Source: Myxococcota bacterium
GTDB lineage: Bacteria; Myxococcota_A; UBA9160; SZUA-336
Direction of reading: 5' to 3'
NCBI GenBank assembly: GCA_965247115.1
Contig: CBDFGR010000003.1
Location: 1,504,001 to 1,568,000, forward strand
DNA length: 64,000 nt
Part shown: positions 60,109 to 64,000 of the stretch, in pieces
How positions within the stretch are numbered: position 1 is the first letter of the stretch
How the letters are laid out: each line of letters opens with the position of its first letter
Notes under the pieces: model-generated
Databases searched by the model: none
What the model was told of the DNA's origin: nothing
What the model saw: the letters and a program-made list of their open reading frames with translations, nothing else
Made by a program: the position numbers and the translations under genes

Positions 60109-60747
60109 GTGCCTGCTCTCACCGCTTGCCTGAGTGGCCTCGTCTTCGGCGCCCTGCACGTACTCAGCGGGCCTGATCACCTGGCGGCCCTGGCCCCCTT
60201 TTCTGTCGAGGCGCGCCGCAGGGCCTGGACCCTCGGGCTGCGCTGGGGGCTCGGGCACTCGGCCGGGATCGTGGGGGTCGGGATCATCGCCTACCTGATT
60301 CAGGATCGGCTCGACTTCGAGCTCCTGGCCGGACTCGGGAGATACGGGGTGGGCGCGATCTTGATCGTCATCGGATTGTGGGGTTTTACGCATGTACGCG
60401 GGCTGGAGATCGGGGTCGAGGTGCTGGGAGCCGACGATCGCCACCTTCACACTACCGCCGCCCTGCTCGTTGGCAGCGTCCACGGTGTGGCGGGTACGGG
60501 CTACCTGCTCGGCGTGTTGCCCCTGCTCTCCATGCCCGGCTGGGTCGAGGCCAGTGCCTTTCTCACGGGCTTCGCAGCCGGGACGATCCTGGCCATGGTC
60601 CTGTTCAGCTCCGTGCTCGGCTTTCTCGCGCAGGGAACAGGACATGTCGCTATTCGCACGTATCGGCGCGTGTTCGCCGCAGCCTCGGCGGCGGCGCTTG
60701 TCGTTGGGATCGTGTGGATTGTCTTGCCCCTGTTGACCGGGGAATGA
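60109..60747 (+). CDS. UreH/NiCoT-like nickel/cobalt transporter-type membrane protein
   Basis: GALHVLSGPDHLAAL, WGLGHS and GSVHGVAG His motifs; about 6 TM helices. Confidence 0.75.
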   Translation: MPALTACLSGLVFGALHVLSGPDHLAALAPFSVEARRRAWTLGLRWGLGHSAGIVGVGIIAYLIQDRLDFELLAGLGRYGVGAILIVIGLWGFTHVRGLEIGVEVLGADDRHLHTTAALLVGSVHGVAGTGYLLGVLPLLSMPGWVEASAFLTGFAAGTILAMVLFSSVLGFLAQGTGHVAIRTYRRVFAAASAAALVVGIVWIVLPLLTGE

Positions 60748-60796
60748 GCAGCTCGCTCCTACCGCTCTGGCCGAGTCCGGCTGATAGACTGCGGAC

Positions 60797-62362
60797 GTGA
60801 CCCGCGTGCCCCCCTTCTCGCTCAAGGACACGGACGGCGAGAGCCGCACTTTTCCTGGCGATCGTCCGTCGGTACTCTGCTTTCTGCTCCAGGATTGTCC
60901 GACCTGCGAGCTCAGCCTTCCTGTGATCGAGGCGGCGCACGCGGAATTCGGTACGCAGGTCGACGTCTGGATCGTCGCCCAGGACGAGGACGGGGGCGTC
61001 AAGCTGCGCGAGGGTCATGGGCTGTCCACGCCCGTGCTCGACGACTCCGAGTTGGGGGTCTCTTTCGAGGCGGGAGTCGAGACGGTACCGAGCATCGTTT
61101 CCTTCCGGCCGGGTGGTGACGAGCTTCGGCGCTTCGTCGGTTTTGCGGTGGAGGACTGGAAGCGTCTCTTCTCGGATGCGGAGACGTTGACCGGGCTCGA
61201 CGCGACCGCGCCCAGCTGGTCGAGCTTCCCCGATCTGCGGCCCGGCTGTGGATCTCGCACGGGTGAGCCTGGCATTGCGGAGCGCCTCGCGGCACGGGCA
61301 GAGGGCAGCCCGCTCCGCGCGCGCCAGATCGACATGGGAAGCTCCGTCGACCCGATCGAGTTCATGTTCGAGCAGGGCTTGAGCGACGGTCTCCCCGTCG
61401 TCCCGCCAACGACGGAGCGGGTTCTTCGCATGCTCGAGGGCACCGTGCGTGATCCTCAGGAGGTCGTTGCGGCGGTCGCACCGAACTACGCGCCCGTGAC
61501 CGTCGAGAAGGTGGCGATCAACGCCGTTCTGGCGGGCTGCCGCCCGGAGTATCTCCCCGTGGTGCTTGCGGGAGTGGAGGCGGTTTGCACGCCGGAGTTC
61601 AACGTGCACGGGGTGCTCGCGACCACCTTCGTTGCGGCGCCCGTGCTGCTCGTGAACGGACCGATCCGCCAGCGCATCGGGATGAACTCCGGTCTCAATT
61701 GCCTCGGTCAGGGAAGCCGGGCGAACTCCACGATCGGCCGTGCAGTGCAGCTGGTGATCCGAAACGTGGGAGGCGGGCGCCCCGGAGAGATCGACCGGGC
61801 CACGCTCGGACAGCCAGGAAAGCTCGGCATGTGCTTCGCCGAGAACGAGGAGCGCAGCGAGTGGGAGCCCTTCCACGTCGAACGGGGCTTCGCCGCGGAG
61901 ACCAGCACGATCACAGCCTTCGCCGGGGGTGCACCCGCCAGCTTCATGGATCAGCTCGCTCGAGACGCGCGGTCGCTCGCGAGCACCTACGGTCTCGCGC
62001 TGGCCGCGGCTGGTCATCCGAAGCACTACTTCTACGGAGACGTCCTTGTCGTCGTGTCGCCGGAGCACGTCGACACCTTTGCGCGAGATGGCTGGACGAA
62101 GGCGCAGGTGCGCGAGCAGATCCAGCGAGCGAGTGAGCGGCCCGTGGGCGAGCTGGCGCGCGGAGGCGCTTCTGCCGAGGGGCTGCCCGAAGCCGTCGTG
62201 GACCGGCTCGGGGCCGACAAGCGCCTGTCCAAGTTCCGCTCGGACGACAGCATCTCCCTCGTCGTAGCGGGGGGCGAAGCGGGGAAGTTCGGCGCATATT
62301 TCCAGGGCTGGGTATCCGGCCCAATGGGATCCATCATGACGACTCGAGAGATAGGAGAGTGA
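60797..62362 (+). CDS. Thioredoxin/AhpC-like CxxC domain fused to a conserved uncharacterised domain (UGSC-protein partner)
   Basis: N-terminal PPFSLKD..DCPTC..FEAGVETVPS; linker RPGCGS; C-terminal SDGLPVVPPT, VEKVAINAVLAGC.PEY, RANSTIGRA and ENEE.S.W.PFHV.RGF. Confidence 0.8.
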   Translation: MTRVPPFSLKDTDGESRTFPGDRPSVLCFLLQDCPTCELSLPVIEAAHAEFGTQVDVWIVAQDEDGGVKLREGHGLSTPVLDDSELGVSFEAGVETVPSIVSFRPGGDELRRFVGFAVEDWKRLFSDAETLTGLDATAPSWSSFPDLRPGCGSRTGEPGIAERLAARAEGSPLRARQIDMGSSVDPIEFMFEQGLSDGLPVVPPTTERVLRMLEGTVRDPQEVVAAVAPNYAPVTVEKVAINAVLAGCRPEYLPVVLAGVEAVCTPEFNVHGVLATTFVAAPVLLVNGPIRQRIGMNSGLNCLGQGSRANSTIGRAVQLVIRNVGGGRPGEIDRATLGQPGKLGMCFAENEERSEWEPFHVERGFAAETSTITAFAGGAPASFMDQLARDARSLASTYGLALAAAGHPKHYFYGDVLVVVSPEHVDTFARDGWTKAQVREQIQRASERPVGELARGGASAEGLPEAVVDRLGADKRLSKFRSDDSISLVVAGGEAGKFGAYFQGWVSGPMGSIMTTREIGE

Positions 62363-62364
62363 GG

Positions 62365-62892
62365 ATGACAGATCAGACCATTCTCGATCCGACGGACGAG
62401 CGCGTTCCGGTTCGGCGCCAGCTCGCCGAACGACCCGCGACCCTTGCGGGGACCGTCGGGCTGCTGGACATCTCGAAGCCGCGAGGAGACGTCCTCATCG
62501 AGCGGATCGAGAAGCGGCTGCAGGAGCGCTTTCCCGAGCTCGCCTTCAAACGCTACGCCAAGCCCACCTTTGCAAAGCCGGCGCCGCGTGATCTGCGTCG
62601 CCAGATCGCGGAGGAGTGCGGCTTCGTCATCGAAGCCCTGGCCGATTGAGGGTCCTGCACGACGTGCAGTGTGCACGACACGACATCCTTCGAGGTCGAA
62701 GGCAAGCCGGCGGTGTTCGTCGCCTCTAGCACCTTCGTTGACGCCGCGCGGGTACAGGCCGAGGCGTTGGGGCTGCCCGACGTCAAGCGCGTCTTCGTCC
62801 CACACCCGATCCAGGACGCGACGGATGACGAGATGGTGGTCAAGGCCGACGCGGTCGTCGACGAGCTTGTAGCCGCGCTTACCGCTCGCTAG
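62365..62892 (+). CDS. UGSC family selenoprotein (Sec95 at TGA 62647-62649), 175 aa
   Basis: ORFs 62359-62649 and 62671-62892 are in the same frame. Readthrough gives ...VIEALAD-U-GSCTTCSVHD...GKPAV...VPHPI. A hairpin follows the UGA. Confidence 0.88.
62650..62679 (+). promoter_or_regulatory. Candidate bacterial SECIS element
   Basis: GGGUCCUGCACGACGUGCAGUGUGCACGAC directly after the UGA folds either as CUGCAC/GUGCAG or as GUC.UGCAC.AC[GUGCA]GU.GUGCA.GAC with a G-first apical loop. Confidence 0.55.
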
Positions 62893-62939
62893 GCAGATCC
62901 GCAGTAAACGCGTAAAGCTACGCGGGGAACTTGCCGACT

Positions 62940-62968
62940 CGATCCCCCGGGTGCCTCCCGGGGGATCG
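62940..62968. terminator. 12-bp GC stem-loop (cgatcccccggg-tgcct-cccgggggatcg), possible terminator or 5' UTR structure
   Basis: Perfect inverted repeat 47 nt after the selenoprotein stop; no U-tract. Confidence 0.4.
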
Positions 62969-62983
62969 GACGTATTGAGTTCC

Positions 62984-64000
62984 ATGCGCGTCGCCGTGCT
63001 CTCCTTTGATTGGACGCTGCACGCGTGTGCACGCCTGAGGCTACTCGACCCCTTGCGCGCCAGCGGCGTGGACGTCGAATGGCTGGTTGCAGACGGTGGC
63101 ACGCGCCGATCCATCAATGCAGCGGGGCTCGAGGGCGCGGACGTCGTCGTGGTCCAACGCTTCTTTCCGCATCCGCGGACCTGTGATCTGATAGATCGCC
63201 TGATCGAGAGCCCGACGCCCCTAGTCTACGAGTTCGACGATCTGATCACCGAGATTCCGCCGACCAACGCCAACGCTGCCGCCGGAGCGGTCTGCGCCCC
63301 GATGATCGAGCACGTGATTCGCGGTGCGAACGCAGTCGTAGTCAGCACGCCCGCGCTCGCCCGAGCCTGCGCGCACATCGACACACCGGCCATCATCCTG
63401 CCGAACCTCGTGGACACGGATCGCTTCCCCTTCCAGCGCCGCGGCGGAGATCCGGTAACCATCGGGTACAGCGGAACCCCCACGCACGCGCCCGACCTGG
63501 CGCTCGTCGAGCCGGTGCTGGTGCGCATTCACGAGCGCTTCGGCGACCGTGTGCGCTTTTGGTTCCAGGGATGCATCACTCCCCGGCTCGCGCGACTGCC
63601 CGGGATCCAGTTCGTCGATGTGGAGCCTTCGTATGCGAGCTATGCGAGCGCCCTCTCGGCATCGCCGCTCGACCTGGCGATCGGACCGCTCGAGGACAAC
63701 GCTTTCAACCGCTGCAAGAGCGCGATCAAGTGGATGGAGTACGCAGCTTGCGGGATCCCGAGCGTGTTCACGGACCTGGCGGGCTACGCAGCGGTGATAC
63801 GGGACGGAGAGACGGGTCGAGTGGTCCCCAACGATCCCGACGTCTGGTACGAGGTGCTCGTCGAGCTCATCCTCGATCAGGAGGCGCGCGAGCGCCTGGC
63901 CGTGGCTGCGCGCCACGACGTCGAGGAACGACACTCTCTCCAGCTGCACGCGGGTACCTGGGGCGATGCGTACCGCCTGATCGCCGCGGGCCGGCCGTCA
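62984..64000 (+). CDS. Glycosyltransferase (GT4/GT-B like), 3' truncated; absent from ORF track
   Basis: Open frame from ATG 62984 to the window end: ADVVVVQR, LVYEFDD, VVVSTPAL, IGYSGTPTH, PLEDNAFNRCKSAIKWMEYAACGIP. Confidence 0.85.
   Translation, partial: MRVAVLSFDWTLHACARLRLLDPLRASGVDVEWLVADGGTRRSINAAGLEGADVVVVQRFFPHPRTCDLIDRLIESPTPLVYEFDDLITEIPPTNANAAAGAVCAPMIEHVIRGANAVVVSTPALARACAHIDTPAIILPNLVDTDRFPFQRRGGDPVTIGYSGTPTHAPDLALVEPVLVRIHERFGDRVRFWFQGCITPRLARLPGIQFVDVEPSYASYASALSASPLDLAIGPLEDNAFNRCKSAIKWMEYAACGIPSVFTDLAGYAAVIRDGETGRVVPNDPDVWYEVLVELILDQEARERLAVAARHDVEERHSLQLHAGTWGDAYRLIAAGRPS

Noticed and set aside
62359..62892. Two small independent ORFs or a nonsense pseudogene
   Set aside because: The UGA falls exactly at the first position of a UxxC motif with a downstream hairpin, so Sec readthrough is more parsimonious.
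63221..63949. Minus-strand 242-aa ORF at the window end
   Set aside because: Shadow of the plus-strand glycosyltransferase starting at 62984, which runs off the window.

Overview
High-GC bacterial chromosomal segment with about 60 genes and no rRNA, tRNA, CRISPR array or transposase that I can see. The lineage is possibly Myxococcota/deltaproteobacteria-like; this is an inference from gene content. Most of it is housekeeping: pdxST with a divergent MocR/PdxR regulator, purN, a 9-gene Mrp antiporter operon with three MrpD-like subunits, gltA, etfBA, prlC, speA, a tungsten-type AOR with MoaD and two MoeA, and an Rrf2-sufBCDSUT operon. The main signals missed by the ORF track are five. (1) An in-frame UGA at 62647 read as Sec in a U-G-S-C-x-x-C motif joins two short ORFs into one UGSC-family selenoprotein, in an operon with a CxxC thioredoxin-fold fusion protein and next to a Ni/Co-transporter-like gene. 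(2) A GEMM-I cyclic-dinucleotide riboswitch (5854-5949, minus) has a non-canonical U at the ligand-pairing C92 position; its P1 stem covers the RBS of a long-leader type IV pilin heading a 4-gene uncharacterised operon. (3) There are two families of dispersed palindromic intergenic repeats. (4) About 12 genes have a TAnnnT box 6-8 nt before the start codon, suggesting widespread leaderless transcription. (5) An alpha/beta hydrolase appears to have lost both its catalytic Ser and His. All calls come from motif recognition by eye; no database searches were run.
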